This document shows positions 34,588-46,425 of a stretch of DNA of 64,000 bases, one piece after another. The stretch is from Escherichia phage BYEP02. The stretch lies in sequence record OR757454.1, one strand, 5' to 3'. The translations under genes were made by a program, and so were the position numbers. Under the pieces are notes generated by a model that was not told where the DNA came from, made no database searches, and saw only the letters and a program-made list of their open reading frames with translations. Position 1 is the stretch's first letter; every line of letters begins with the position of its first letter.

Positions 34588-36050
34588 TGATTCTTAAAAT
34601 TCTGAATGAAATAGCATCTATTGGTTCAACTAAGCAGAAGCAAGCAATTCTTGAAAAGAATAAAGATAATGAATTGCTTAAACGAGTATATCGTCTGACT
34701 TATTCTCGTGGGTTGCAGTATTATATCAAGAAATGGCCTAAACCTGGTATTGCTACCCAGAGTTTTGGAATGCTGACCATTACCGATATGCTTGACTTCA
34801 TTGAATTCACGTTAGCTACTCGGAAATTGACTGGAAATGCTGCAATTGAGGAATTGACTGGATATATCACCGATGGTAAAAAGGATGATGTTGAAGTTTT
34901 GCGTCGAGTTATGATGCGAGACCTTGAATGCGGTGCTTCAGTATCTATTGCAAACAAAGTTTGGCCAGGTTTAATTCCTGAACAACCTCAAATGCTGGCA
35001 AGTTCTTATGATGAAAAAGGCATTAGTAAGAATATCAAGTTTCCAGCTTTTGCACAGTTAAAAGCAGATGGAGCTCGGTGTTTTGCTGAAGTCCGAGGTG
35101 ATGAATTAGATGATGTTCGTCTTTTATCACGAGCTGGTAATGAATATCTAGGATTAGATCTTCTTAAGGAAGAATTAATCAAAATGACTGCTGAAGCCCG
35201 CCAGATTCATCCAGAAGGTGTGTTAATTGATGGCGAATTGGTATACCATGAGCAAGTTAAAAAGGAACCAGAAGGACTAGATTTTCTTTTTGATGCTTAT
35301 CCTGAAATTAGTAAAGCTAAAGAATTCGCCGAAGTAGCGGAATCTCGTACTACTTCTAATGGAATCGCCAATAAATCCTTAAAAGGAACCATTTCTGAAA
35401 AAGAAGCTCAATGTATGAAGTTTCAGGTCTGGGATTATGTCCCGTTGGTAGAAATATACGGTCTTCCGGCGTTTCGTTTAAAATATGATGTACGTTTTTC
35501 TAAACTAGAACAAATGACATCAGGATATGATAAAGTAATTTTAATTGAAAACCAGGTAGTAAATAACCTAGATGAAGCTAAGGTAATTTATAAAAAGTAT
35601 ATTGACCAAGGTCTTGAAGGTATTATTCTCAAAAATATCGATGGATTATGGGAAAATGCTCGTTCAAAAAATCTCTATAAATTTAAAGAAGTAATTGATG
35701 TTGATTTAAAAATTGTAGGAATTTATCCTCACCGTAAAGACCCTACTAAAGCAGGTGGATTTATTCTTGAGTCAGAGTGTGGAAAAATTAAGGTAAATGC
35801 TGGTTCAGGCTTAAAAGATAAAGCCGGTGTAAAATCGCATGAACTTGACCGTACTCGCATTATGGAAAACCAAAATTATTATATTGGAAAAATTCTAGAG
35901 TGCGAATGCAATGGTTGGTTAAAATCTGATGGCCGCACTGATTACGTTAAATTATTTCTTCCGATTGCGATTCGTTTACGTGAAGATAAAACTAAAGCTA
36001 ATACGTTCGAAGATGTATTTGGCGATTTTCATGAGGTAACTGGTCTATGA
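34587..36050 (+). CDS. 30: ATP-dependent DNA ligase
   Basis: 487 aa MILKILNEIASIGSTKQKQAILEK... with KADG adenylation motif. Confidence 0.9.
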   Translation: MILKILNEIASIGSTKQKQAILEKNKDNELLKRVYRLTYSRGLQYYIKKWPKPGIATQSFGMLTITDMLDFIEFTLATRKLTGNAAIEELTGYITDGKKDDVEVLRRVMMRDLECGASVSIANKVWPGLIPEQPQMLASSYDEKGISKNIKFPAFAQLKADGARCFAEVRGDELDDVRLLSRAGNEYLGLDLLKEELIKMTAEARQIHPEGVLIDGELVYHEQVKKEPEGLDFLFDAYPEISKAKEFAEVAESRTTSNGIANKSLKGTISEKEAQCMKFQVWDYVPLVEIYGLPAFRLKYDVRFSKLEQMTSGYDKVILIENQVVNNLDEAKVIYKKYIDQGLEGIILKNIDGLWENARSKNLYKFKEVIDVDLKIVGIYPHRKDPTKAGGFILESECGKIKVNAGSGLKDKAGVKSHELDRTRIMENQNYYIGKILECECNGWLKSDGRTDYVKLFLPIAIRLREDKTKANTFEDVFGDFHEVTGL

Positions 36051-36235
36051 AAGCTTACTTAGAAACAATTGTCGTGGCTCAAAAAGAAGGTGGAGATGTT
36101 TCTACTTCTGTATCACAAGTCATTCTCGAATTTGTAGATGCATACGCTTATAATAAATTTACAGAAACATTTGATGCTTATGAAAAAGGTCCAAAGTTTG
36201 AAATATATCGTACTCTCTTACCTATAGATTATTAA
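36047..36235 (+). CDS. hypothetical small protein (62 aa)
   Basis: ORF track; followed by hairpin. Confidence 0.4.
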   Translation: MKAYLETIVVAQKEGGDVSTSVSQVILEFVDAYAYNKFTETFDAYEKGPKFEIYRTLLPIDY

Positions 36236-36257
36236 AGGCCTTCGGGCCTTTAATTTT
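36233..36257 (+). terminator. terminator-like hairpin
   Basis: AAAGGCCTTCGGGCCTTT followed by AATTTTAT. Confidence 0.4.
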
Positions 36258-36287
36258 ATAAATAGAATAAACACTAGAGAGGATATG

Positions 36288-38612
36288 ATGGAACTAATTA
36301 CAGAATTATTTGACGAAGATACTACTCTTCCGATTACAAACTTAAATCCAAAGAAGAAAATACCACAAATTTTTTCAGTTCATGTTGATGACGCAATTGA
36401 ACAACCAGGCTTTCGTTTATGTACCTATACATCTGGAGGTGATACTAATCGTGATTTAAAGATGGGCGATAAAATGATGCACATTGTTCCTTTTACATTA
36501 ACTGCTAAAGGTTCAATTGCTAAATTGAAAGGTCTTGGTCCAAGCCCAATTAATTATATCAATTCAGTTTTTACTGTTGCAATGCAAACAATGCGTCAGT
36601 ATAAAATTGATGCCTGCATGCTTCGTATTCTTAAGTCTAAAACCGCTGGTCAAGCTCGACAAATTCAAGTTATTGCTGATAGACTTATCCGTAGTCGTTC
36701 AGGTGGCAGATACGTCCTTCTTAAGGAACTCTGGGATTATGATAAAAAGTATGCATATATTCTTATACATCGCAAAAATGTATCACTAGAAGACATTCCA
36801 GGAGTTCCGGAAATTAGTACCGAGCTCTTTACTAAAGTTGAATCGAAGGTCGGTGATGTTTATATCAATAAAGATACTGGAGCTCAAGTAACTAAAAATG
36901 AGGCAATTGCAGCATCTATTGCAAGGTCGGTGATGTTTATATCAATAAAGATACTGGAGCTCAAGTAACTAAAAATGAGGCAATTGCAGCATCTATTGCA
37001 CAAGAAAACGATAAACGTTCTGACCAAGCTGTAATCGTTAAAGTTAAAATTTCCCGTAGAGCAATTGCACAAAGTCAATCATTAGAGTCTTCTAGATTTG
37101 AAAGTGAATTATTCCAGAAGTATGAATCTACAGCAGCTAATTTTAATAAACCAGCTACTGCACCTTTAATTCCCGAAGCAGAAGAAATGAAAATTGGAAT
37201 TAATTCATTAGCTTCTAAAACTAAGGCAGCAAAAATCATTGCCGAAGGAACTGCAGATGAACTTCATTATGACTATAAATTCTTTTCAAAAAGTGAGGTT
37301 AATGAAGTTTCTGAAAAAATTAAAGATGTAATTCTTAATGCGATTAAAAATGAACCAACCACTTCAATAAAATGTTTAGAGAAATACGCAGCAGCTGTTA
37401 ATCAATTCTTTGAAGAATATAAAGATAATTGGCTTGATAAACATAATAAAACACGTAAAGGACAGCCAGATGAAGTCTGGGAAGAAATAACTAAAAATTC
37501 CTGGAACGCGACAAAAACTAAATTCCTCAAAAGAATGATTTATAGTTTCTCTGGAATTGGTGCAGGTCCAATGATTGATATTACTATTGCCCGTGATGGT
37601 TCTAAATATACTCCATCACAAAAGCGCGGCATTAGAGAGTATTGCGGTTCAGGATATACTGACATCAATAATCTTCTTTTAGGACGCTACAATCCAGAAC
37701 GATATGATGTAATGAGTGAAAAAGAAATTGAATCTGCTATAAATAACTTAGATTCAGCTTTTGAAAATGGTGACCGCATACCGGAAGGCATCACAGTTTA
37801 TCGTGCTCAAAGCATGACTGCTCCTATATACGAAGCATTAGTTAAAAATAAAGTATTCTATTTCAGAAATTTTGTATCTACTTCTTTAACTCCTATCATT
37901 TTTGGACGTTTTGGATAGTTAAAAATAAAGTATTCTATTTCAGAAATTTTGTATCTACTTCTTTAACTCCTATCATTTTTGGACGTTTTGGAATTACACA
38001 TGCTGGTATTGGTCTTTTAGAACCAGAAGCTCGCAATGAATTAACAGTTGATAAAAATGAAGAAGGAATAACTATTAATCCAAACGAAATAAGAGCGTAT
38101 AAAGAAAATCCTGAATACGTTAAAGTTCAAATAGGATGGGCAATTGATGGAGCAATCCAAACGAAATAAGAGCGTATAAAGAAAATCCTGAATACGTTAA
38201 AGTTCAAATAGGATGGGCAATTGATGGAGCTCATAAAGTTAATGTTGTATATCCAGGAAGTCTCGGAATAGCAACAGAAGCTGAAGTTATTCTACCGCGT
38301 GGATTGATGGTCAAAGTTAATAAAATAACTGATGCTTCTAATAATGACGGAACAACATCTAATAATACAAAACTCATTCAAGCTGAAGTTATGACCACGG
38401 AAGAGCTCACCGAATCGGTAATCTATGATGGAGACCATTTAATGGAAACTGGTGAATTGGTTGCAATGACAGGTGATATTGAAATAGAAGACAGAGTTGA
38501 CTTTGCATCATTTGTTTCATCAAATGTTAAACAGAAAGTAGAATCATCTCTTGGAATTATTGCGTCTTGCATAGATATTGCAAACATGCCTTACAAGTTC
38601 GTTCAAGGATAA
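36288..38612 (+). CDS. alt: Alt ADP-ribosyltransferase (packaged), frame broken by three 77-bp duplications
   Basis: MELITELFDEDTTLPITNLNPKKKIPQIF... through ...IANMPYKFVQG; pieces 36285.., 37187.., 38304..38612. Confidence 0.85.
36846..36999. repeat. 77-bp direct tandem duplication inside alt
   Basis: copies 36846-36922 and 36923-36999; identical. Confidence 0.9.
37839..37992. repeat. 77-bp direct tandem duplication inside alt
   Basis: copies 37839-37915 and 37916-37992; identical. Confidence 0.9.
38077..38230. repeat. 77-bp direct tandem duplication inside alt
   Basis: copies 38077-38153 and 38154-38230; identical. Confidence 0.9.
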
Positions 38613-38615
38613 ATC

Positions 38616-38972
38616 ATGGAACTTATTACATAATTATTTGACGGCGCTTCGGCGCCGGTTGTTAACTTAAATCCTAAGCATAAAATACCACAAATTTTTG
38701 CTATTCAAGCCGGCGAAGAAAGCGTGCTTCCTGGATTTAGATTTTGTACATACACCTCTGGCGGTGATACAGATAAAACGTTAAACCAGGCGACAAAATG
38801 ATGCATATCGTAATGATAGGTGTTAATGAGAAACTATCATTAGTTAAGCTTAAAAACTTGGGTGGAAATCCAATTGGTGTCATTAATGCTGTTTTTGATA
38901 CTGCTCTTCAAACAATGAAACAGTATAAAATCGACGCATGCCTATTACGCGTACTAAAAAGTTCAAAATGTA
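38616..38972 (+). pseudogene. decayed partial paralogue of alt N-terminal region
   Basis: translation MELIT*LFDGASAPVVNLNPKHKIPQIF...FCTYTSGGDTDK... parallels Alt residues 1-115 but has an in-frame stop at codon 6 and a frameshift. Confidence 0.5.
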
Positions 38973-39026
38973 GTTTACAAGTCCCTCGTGTTGTGTTATA
39001 GTAGTCTTACTGACATAACATGAGGA
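38973..39026 (+). promoter_or_regulatory. 54-bp early promoter cassette (copy B), upstream of ORF 39034
   Basis: identical to 24832-24885. Confidence 0.5.
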
Positions 39027-39033
39027 ACACAAA

Positions 39034-39324
39034 ATGAAATCTTCTTTACGCTTTTTAGGTCAAGAACTTGTAGTTGAAGGCGTTATTCCTGCTGATAATG
39101 CTTTTAATGAAGCAGTTTATGATGAATTTATCAAAATTTTCGGAACAGATAAAAAGTTTGGAATTTTTCCTTCTGAAAATTTTTCAAAGCCAGAACAGAC
39201 TGAAAGTATTTTTCAGGGTGTAGTAACAGGTAAATTTGAGTCAGAAGCTCCGGTAAAAATTGAAGTTTATATTGAAGACAGTTTAGTTGCTTCAGTTGCT
39301 GCTTTCATTTCATTCCGTAAATAA
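39034..39324 (+). CDS. hypothetical protein (96 aa)
   Basis: ORF directly downstream of 54-bp promoter repeat; ends before bidirectional terminator. Confidence 0.45.
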   Translation: MKSSLRFLGQELVVEGVIPADNAFNEAVYDEFIKIFGTDKKFGIFPSENFSKPEQTESIFQGVVTGKFESEAPVKIEVYIEDSLVASVAAFISFRK

Positions 39325-39330
39325 AAATAT

Positions 39331-39348
39331 GGGGACCGAAAGGTCCCC
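39331..39348. terminator. bidirectional terminator hairpin between ORF 39034-39324 and gene 54
   Basis: GGGGACCGAAAGGTCCCC; T-run on the minus-strand side. Confidence 0.5.
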
Positions 39349-39396
39349 GTTGTTATATTGCTCCTAATATTTTACTCTGCGAATTGACAATCCCTG

Positions 39397-40320
39397 TCAT
39401 AGTATACTAATATTTGAAATGCTTCCTGAGGTTCCTCCTAGTCTACTAAGTCGTGAAAGCGAATTAGATAGTCCAGTAACACCTCCACTATTTCCGAGAA
39501 CGCTTTGAATACCATTTATAGCAGCAGATTCAAGCCATTCAAGCGCAGCTTGCCTATCAACTGCTCCAGCCTGCATCACTCTGTACGCAAAAGTAACATC
39601 AAATGTAGTTATTTGGTTATCTCCATCATATGATAACTCAGGAGCGCTCACTGATATTGGAATGCATCCGGTGAACATCACAGCAGTATGAGGTAATCCA
39701 TTGCGAGAATGAAGATTAACCTGAATGTCTGCCTCGACATCTTGTGGCAAAGCGCGTAATCCAGTTACTGGGTCTTGAACGGAGTTAACCCAGTCTTGCA
39801 TTGCACGATAGTTACAAGCTTCTGAATCCATTCTAAATGAAATAACCAAAGGGTCTAATTCTCTCCCAGTTATACGAATATTAGGAGAATTATAGTTCCA
39901 GTCAGTTTCATAGGATAATCTATTCTCTGGCATTTTTACAGAATATATCATCAATCCAGATGAGTTATATGCCATGTTAAAGAAGTCAATTAAATATGTA
40001 CCAACTGTAAATGAGCCCAATAAACTTTGAACTGTACGTTGACTCATGGCACCAATAAGATATTTACTAACCCCTGATTTTCTTATCAGTTTTTGTGTGC
40101 CAGCTGTAATTAGCGTGGTAATTCCCTGATTAATATCACCTTGAGTTAATCCTAACCAATTTGAATTTAGGCCCAAGTTATTATAAGAAAAGTTGCTAAT
40201 TGAACTTATCAACGAAGAGCTTTTAGTTGATGGAGTTGTTGCAAAAACGCAGCTAAACATATTATTACGTTGGAAATCTGCGTTTATTGCTTGATTATTA
40301 AATTCCTCTAAAGAATACAT
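39397..40320 (-). CDS. 54: gp54 baseplate tail-tube initiator
   Basis: 307 aa MYSLEEFNNQAINADFQRNNMFSCVF...; start overlaps gp48 stop (TAATG). Confidence 0.8.
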   Translation of the reverse strand: MYSLEEFNNQAINADFQRNNMFSCVFATTPSTKSSSLISSISNFSYNNLGLNSNWLGLTQGDINQGITTLITAGTQKLIRKSGVSKYLIGAMSQRTVQSLLGSFTVGTYLIDFFNMAYNSSGLMIYSVKMPENRLSYETDWNYNSPNIRITGRELDPLVISFRMDSEACNYRAMQDWVNSVQDPVTGLRALPQDVEADIQVNLHSRNGLPHTAVMFTGCIPISVSAPELSYDGDNQITTFDVTFAYRVMQAGAVDRQAALEWLESAAINGIQSVLGNSGGVTGLSNSLSRLSRLGGTSGSISNISIL

Positions 40321-41414
40321 TAAAAAGTCCCCGCATATAAAGAAGCACGGTTTAACGTGATAATTTCTCTCATAGTAATCTCGAGAGTAAATGTACTAGG
40401 GAGGTTTGGAGCAATAGCTAATCCGTTAAAGTTACCATTAGGTGTTTTATCAAATCTAATGCTCTGTATTTGGCATGGACCAAATATTTCCGTTTTTCCA
40501 TCAAACTTAGATGTTGCACCAAAGTTTTTCACCATCCAAACTGTCGGGTTTGAAACTACAAGAACGTTCGTTAAACTTGCTGTCATTTTCTCAAATAGTG
40601 TTTTATTTTTAGCTGCGTCTTCCGGAGATAAAGGTTCAATTAACGTAGAACGATACCAATCATCCAAATACCCCTTTATTTCAGCAGCGTATTGAGATTT
40701 ACCTGTTTCGCCATAAGAAAAATAGTTAAAATATTGATAGATATTAATAATAGCCATTAAATCTTCTGTTGAACGTGGAGTCAAATCCCATGTAAACACT
40801 TTAGTTCTATTTTCAGCACCACCATACATACTTCTGGCTGTCGTATAAATCTGTTCATTATTATCAGCCATTATACCTTGTGTTATACTTTCCAGTGCCC
40901 CAAATACTGCGGTTGAAGCAATATTACTTAGCACACCAGTAGCAGTACCTCCGCCTCTACTGATAAGGCTTTCTTGAACATCATTAAATCTATGTGTTGA
41001 TGTATCAACATCAGATTTAGATCTCGGTAAAAGAATGTTTGCGACAGGAGCTTTACTTATTGTTCCTGAATTATTATTTGATATTAATCCATTTGATAGT
41101 TTTGATACTGTACTACTAATAGTGTTTCTAGCTGTACTTAAAATACTCGAAGATGAAGAAGAGTAGTTAGATCTCATCGATCTAAGACTTCCAGAATCCC
41201 TAGATGACATATTGTATGCAGTAAATAATAATCCATTCTTATATAGATCTGTTACCTGGAAGTCCCCTGTAGTGTCATTACCACTAGCACGCCCAGTTGG
41301 AAACTGGGCAGTGTATGTTTTAGTTACTACTTCTGATTTAGTGCTCTGTCCGGCTGAAATTTTCTCACCGGACTTTTTAATTAAATCAGTAGTTATTTCT
41401 TTAACAATTGCCAT
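40320..41414 (-). CDS. 48: gp48 baseplate tail-tube cap
   Basis: 364 aa as T4 gp48. Confidence 0.8.
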   Translation of the reverse strand: MAIVKEITTDLIKKSGEKISAGQSTKSEVVTKTYTAQFPTGRASGNDTTGDFQVTDLYKNGLLFTAYNMSSRDSGSLRSMRSNYSSSSSSILSTARNTISSTVSKLSNGLISNNNSGTISKAPVANILLPRSKSDVDTSTHRFNDVQESLISRGGGTATGVLSNIASTAVFGALESITQGIMADNNEQIYTTARSMYGGAENRTKVFTWDLTPRSTEDLMAIINIYQYFNYFSYGETGKSQYAAEIKGYLDDWYRSTLIEPLSPEDAAKNKTLFEKMTASLTNVLVVSNPTVWMVKNFGATSKFDGKTEIFGPCQIQSIRFDKTPNGNFNGLAIAPNLPSTFTLEITMREIITLNRASLYAGTF

Positions 41415-41422
41415 ATTATTCC

Positions 41423-43272
41423 TTAATTAACTCCAGTCGCATCAAATACACCAGGAGCAGTTGTGCTTGTGACAGGTGTCATATTATGAACGACAGTATT
41501 TTTCTTAATAACATTATTAGTATTATTGATTGAAGGAGATGCTTGCTGAACAGGAGCTTGCTGTGCTTTGTTCTTTTCAATAACCTGGACCTGTTTCGCT
41601 TCTGGCGATTTAGCAGAAGTTTCAGGTTTGGCATTAGGCTGATTTTTCTTGAGCTCTTGATAAGTAGCATCAATTTTAGAAAATCTAGCAGCAAGTTCTT
41701 TTTTAACTGCCGGTGAATTGTTTAAATCCGGGTCATCCATCCGTTTTTTAAGGTCTTCATAGGCAGATTCAACAGATTTAACCGTTGAGTCTTTACTCAT
41801 ATCAGCTGAATCAGCATATTTTTCAAAACGAATCATCGCGGCACGTGCTTCATTAGCCTTCATTAAAGCATTTTTTCTTTCTTCAGGTGAAAGCTGCTTT
41901 AATTTTTCTTCTTCTGCTGCACGTTCTTCGTCGGTAGTTAGTGCTTCTTTATTATCAACACCGCGAATCCAATTAGATGCACGAGTTTTCCAATTAGCAA
42001 TTTTATCTAATCCTTTTGCTATCGGACCAAGGTCTCCGTTCATTCGTTTATCTTGATAATTTGCAACTTTTTCTTGGTCTTCTTTATTGAGAGATGCTCC
42101 AGTAGAATTTTGGAAATTTTCCAATGCTCTTCCTTCTACTTCATCAGCAGTATCCTTCATACCAGGAATGACTCGAAGAATTGCTGCAGATAATTTAGCC
42201 ATACCTAATTGAATAAGCTCTCCTAAATTAAAAAGAACACTTCCAAGTCCTTCTATGATAGCTGTTGTCAATCCACCCCAATCTCCCGCTTCCCAAAGTT
42301 GTTTAATTTTATCAATAGAATCAAAGATGCTCTGTAATAAAGGACCCCACCACCCCAATCTCCCGCTTCCCAAAGTTGTTTAATTTTATCAATAGAATCA
42401 AAGATGCTCTGTAATAAAGGACCCCATGTTCCGGTTTCGCTAGAGAATTTAGTAAAATCAGTACTATATAAATCCCAGGCTTTTGAAAATTTATCTGACC
42501 AGTATTTAAAATGAACCATCAACAGGTCTATTCCAACAACAACAGCCAATATCATTGCAGTCATTTTAGCAGCTTCAATAGCAGCACTAACGGTATACTT
42601 AAATAGCATGCTTGATATTTTATCAGTAATTGAAATAGATTTCTTAAATCCAAAATCAACTGTCTTTGTTAATTTATCTAAAGCTTGAGATAATTTTAAG
42701 TTAAATGCTTCTTTTTTCTGTTTTTCTTCTGGTGATTCTTGTTTGGGTTCAACTGGTTGAGGGGTAGGGAAAAAATCAGCGTCAGGATCATTATTAACTG
42801 CTTCGGGAGCTGGTAATAAAGGACCCACAGATTCGGCAGTATCATCCTCAACGACTTTAACAGGAATAGCGCTTTCAACCGTGGCTAAACTAGTTCCCGT
42901 CTGTTGAATTCCAGCTGTCTGAATTTTTTGCTCTAGTAAACTTGTTAATTTATCTAATTTGCTTCCGAGTGATTCACCGATTTCTTTATTAATATTGTTG
43001 CCAATTTCGACAGTTTCAGCAATTAACTCAGAACCAGCAGTAGTATCACTCACTGCGCTTTCTACGTTATCAATTGCTCCAATTATTTCATTCGATTTTT
43101 CTTCGACAGTTTGAGCTATTAATTCAGAAGCAGCTTGAGCATCATCCAATTTCGTAGAAATGTCATTAAGCCCAGATAAAGTATTAGAAGCGGATTTAGC
43201 CGCTTCCTGTGTTGGTTTATTATCTGAAATAACTTTTCTACGCATCGTTTGCATTTCTTGTGGCTTTTTCAT
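41423..43272 (-). CDS. 29: gp29 baseplate hub / tail length determinator, frame broken by 77-bp duplication (42273-42426)
   Basis: 1850 nt minus 77 = 590 aa + stop as T4 gp29. Confidence 0.8.
42273..42426. repeat. 77-bp direct tandem duplication inside gene 29
   Basis: copies 42273-42349 and 42350-42426; identical. Confidence 0.9.
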
Positions 43273-43802
43273 TCAAATAATCCAATAATATTGCCAATTC
43301 CAGTTATTGGACCATTAGGGCCAGGAATTGCTAAAGTTGTAAAAATATCATTTGCCCATTTTAAAACGAATGCTGGCATCTCAAGAAAATTAATTTCTTT
43401 AACTTCATCATTGACCTTAAGCAAGCATTTGGATAACATATCGCTCACAGTTAAAAATTGTTCAAATTTTCCAGGCGGTCTAAAATAAAATGTATTTCCT
43501 TGGTATTGAAATTCTAATCTTTGGCATACATAAACATCATTAATGTCATAAGTATAACCATCTATTTCTTTACGAGATTTAATCTTTCCATTAAATTCCA
43601 ATAAATGAATAGAAACGAAATCAACTTCTGCTGGTGATAAATTCGGACAAATAGAATCGATCAAAAGTTTTAAATTTTCATCAGGACCTTTAACATCTTT
43701 TAAAATGTTATAATGTTTAAGACCCATTTTAGGAATAGAAACTTCTTTATTGCTTATTGGAAGAACTACTTTCTTCAGTGGTAGTATCAGATTTAAATTC
43801 AT
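43269..43802 (-). CDS. 28: gp28 baseplate hub distal subunit
   Basis: 177 aa as T4 gp28. Confidence 0.8.
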
Positions 43803-44999
43803 TTTTAACCTTAACTGGGTCTATTGTTTCCAGTTTCGTTGCATTAGTGAACATATATAGATGAGTTACTGAATTATTATTGGATAATTCATGGATAACT
43901 TCATCAACGTAAAATTCTGTTTTAAATTGGTTTTTACTATCATTAAAAATAATTTTAACGATAATTCATGGATAACTTCATCAACGTAAAATTCTGTTTT
44001 AAATTGGTTTTTACTATCATTAAAAATAATTTTAACACCAGGAGTCAAGTTAAAATTACCGACAGTAGAACATTTAGCATAGCCATCATATTGCGCCATA
44101 GTTTGAAGACGAATAGCTTCTTCATATCCATTCCTATAAGTCATTTCAGAATAAGCACCTGACCTTGACACTACAATAGAGTTTTCTCCCTTTCCTGTAG
44201 TAATCATTGGCAATGAAGAATCTAAAAATGAATGAGCATAGATAGTAGCGTTTTTCATTGGGTCACGTTTGTGAGGATTCGATTTAGTCAACCAAACGAA
44301 ATCATATGCTAATGGATATTTTAATTCTTGGATGAATTGACCTATTAAAGATGGCTCACCGACAATCATTGGATACGGTTCTTGATTTATCATCATATCA
44401 TAGTCCATCATGTTAACTCCCATGATGTCTTGCCACACAAATACAAATTTGTCACTTCCTACAGCTAGAGCAACTTCTCTAACATACGACAAATAGTTTT
44501 CAAATGTGCTAGTCCATGGAATATCAGGAACATAAGCATTTATAGCATTTATTGCTGGAGTTAATAATGTACGGTCTTGATAAATGACGCCAAGCATTTC
44601 TTTTATAGATTCACCTGCATCAGGGAAAAATGGTCTACCAAATTTAAGATTTTCTATAGAATGAATAGTTCCCAATTCAATAGCAATGATGTTATCGCCT
44701 TTTGAATCGACTGACACGGAAAAATGCTTACATCCATAAATTCGTGTTTTAACATTATTAATATCATTTGCATTAGCTACAGAAATCTGAATTATTTCAT
44801 TTCCATCCATTTTTGTATGGATGTTTTTAGAATCATAAAACTGCAGCATTCCTTCATTTCGGCCATAAAGAGAATCCCGCATAGTTAATGTGGTAATAGT
44901 AGCAGCTAATTCAACAAATCTATTATTACTCCAAGCGTCGTAGCTATCAAATAATTTAACGCTGAGATTTGGATATCCGGGGCGTTGCAACATACTCAT
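43747..44999 (-). CDS. 27: gp27 baseplate hub subunit, frame broken by 77-bp duplication (43883-44036)
   Basis: [21 protein letters not shown]...; after removing one copy the frame ends at TAA 43747-43749 giving 391 aa as T4 gp27. Confidence 0.8.
43883..44036. repeat. 77-bp direct tandem duplication inside gene 27
   Basis: copies 43883-43959 and 43960-44036; identical. Confidence 0.9.
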
Positions 45000-45748
45000 T
45001 ATTGTTTATCCTTCTCAATCAGTTTTAATACGAATCCGCGCTCAGCAGGAATCATTTTCATTATTGAATTTAAGCTATAATTACTTTTTACGAGTGTGTG
45101 ATTAATTTGATAAAAAGTAAATATCTCATCTGGGTTAACTAATAGCTTAAACACGTCTACTATATCAGTGTATTTTTTAATGTACTTATTACAGCATGAC
45201 ATATGTAGAGTTAAATTAATAGGATTCATTGCATCGAGAATTTTTTCTAATGTTTCTATCTCGATGGCGTCAACGAGTTCTATTTGACTGGACTCGCTAA
45301 TTTCCTTCCAATCATACCAAGTTTCATCTACTTGAACAGAATGAATATTTTCAGTAATCATCTTTGCTTTATTTTCATAAAACTCAGAAGGAAACTTTAA
45401 TTTAATTTTAACATTAGCTACATCAAAAACAGGTTCCTTTAATTCTTTTTGATATATTTCAAATGGAACTGTCTTTTCTTTTTTACATTTTGGACATACG
45501 AATGTGACTGGTACTTTTGTTTTACCTATCGACCCTACAAATACCTGCAAAAATATAAATGGTTGCCAAGTCTTCGGATAGTCTCCAAAATAATCATCAA
45601 TTAAATCAGTAATTATTTCTTTTTGTTCTTGTGGTGACCGATGTTCTATATCGTTTCGAACTAACAAAAAATCTCGATAATCTTCTACCGTAAATGGTTT
45701 AAAACGATGAACACCATCTGGTAATTTACAACGAATAATGTTTGCCAT
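44999..45748 (-). CDS. 51: gp51 baseplate hub assembly catalyst
   Basis: 249 aa as T4 gp51. Confidence 0.8.
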   Translation of the reverse strand: MANIIRCKLPDGVHRFKPFTVEDYRDFLLVRNDIEHRSPQEQKEIITDLIDDYFGDYPKTWQPFIFLQVFVGSIGKTKVPVTFVCPKCKKEKTVPFEIYQKELKEPVFDVANVKIKLKFPSEFYENKAKMITENIHSVQVDETWYDWKEISESSQIELVDAIEIETLEKILDAMNPINLTLHMSCCNKYIKKYTDIVDVFKLLVNPDEIFTFYQINHTLVKSNYSLNSIMKMIPAERGFVLKLIEKDKQ

Positions 45749-45765
45749 AGATGCTCCTTTTATTC

Positions 45766-45777
45766 TATTTATAAATA
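45766..45777. promoter_or_regulatory. overlapping divergent late promoter motifs between genes 51 (minus) and 26 (plus)
   Basis: TATTTATAAATA contains TATAAATA on both strands. Confidence 0.45.
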
Positions 45778-45798
45778 TGATAAATAAAGGAGCTAAAT

Positions 45799-46425
45799 AT
45801 GTATGAATACAAATTTGATGTGAGAGTTGGTTCTAAAATAATCAATTGTCGCGCATTCACGCTTAAAGAATATCTAGAACTTATTACTGCCAAAAATAAT
45901 GGTTCTGTAGAAGTAATTGTTAAAAAGCTAATCAAAGACTGCACAAATGCAAAAGATTTAAACCGCCAAGAATCAGAACTATTATTGATTCATTTATGGG
46001 CACATTCTCTCGGCGAAGTTAATCACGAAAACTCCTGGAAGTGCACCTGTGGAACTGAAATACCAACCCATATAAATCTATTACATACACAAATAGATGC
46101 ACCAGAAGACCTCTGGTATACACTGGGTGACATTAAAATTAAATTCCGATACCCTAAAATTTTTGATGATAAAAATATAGCCCACATGATAGTATCATGC
46201 ATAGAAACGATTCATGCTAACGGGGAAAGCATTCCAGTTGAAGACTTAAATGAAAAGGAACTAGAAGATTTATATTCTATCATCACAGAGTCAGATATTG
46301 TAGCTATAAAAGATATGCTTTTAAAACCTACCGTTTATTTGGCTGTTCCAATTAAGTGTCCAGAGTGTGGAAAAACCCATGCTCACGTAATAAGAGGCCT
46401 CAAAGAGTTCTTTGAGTTACTATAA
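45799..46425 (+). CDS. 26: gp26 baseplate hub subunit
   Basis: 208 aa [25 protein letters not shown]... Confidence 0.8.
   Translation: MYEYKFDVRVGSKIINCRAFTLKEYLELITAKNNGSVEVIVKKLIKDCTNAKDLNRQESELLLIHLWAHSLGEVNHENSWKCTCGTEIPTHINLLHTQIDAPEDLWYTLGDIKIKFRYPKIFDDKNIAHMIVSCIETIHANGESIPVEDLNEKELEDLYSIITESDIVAIKDMLLKPTVYLAVPIKCPECGKTHAHVIRGLKEFFELL

Noticed and set aside
39397-40320. Hidden frameshift in gene 54 (307 aa here versus about 320 recalled for T4)
   Set aside because: No duplication or frame break is visible; the difference is within normal variation or reflects my uncertain memory of the T4 length.
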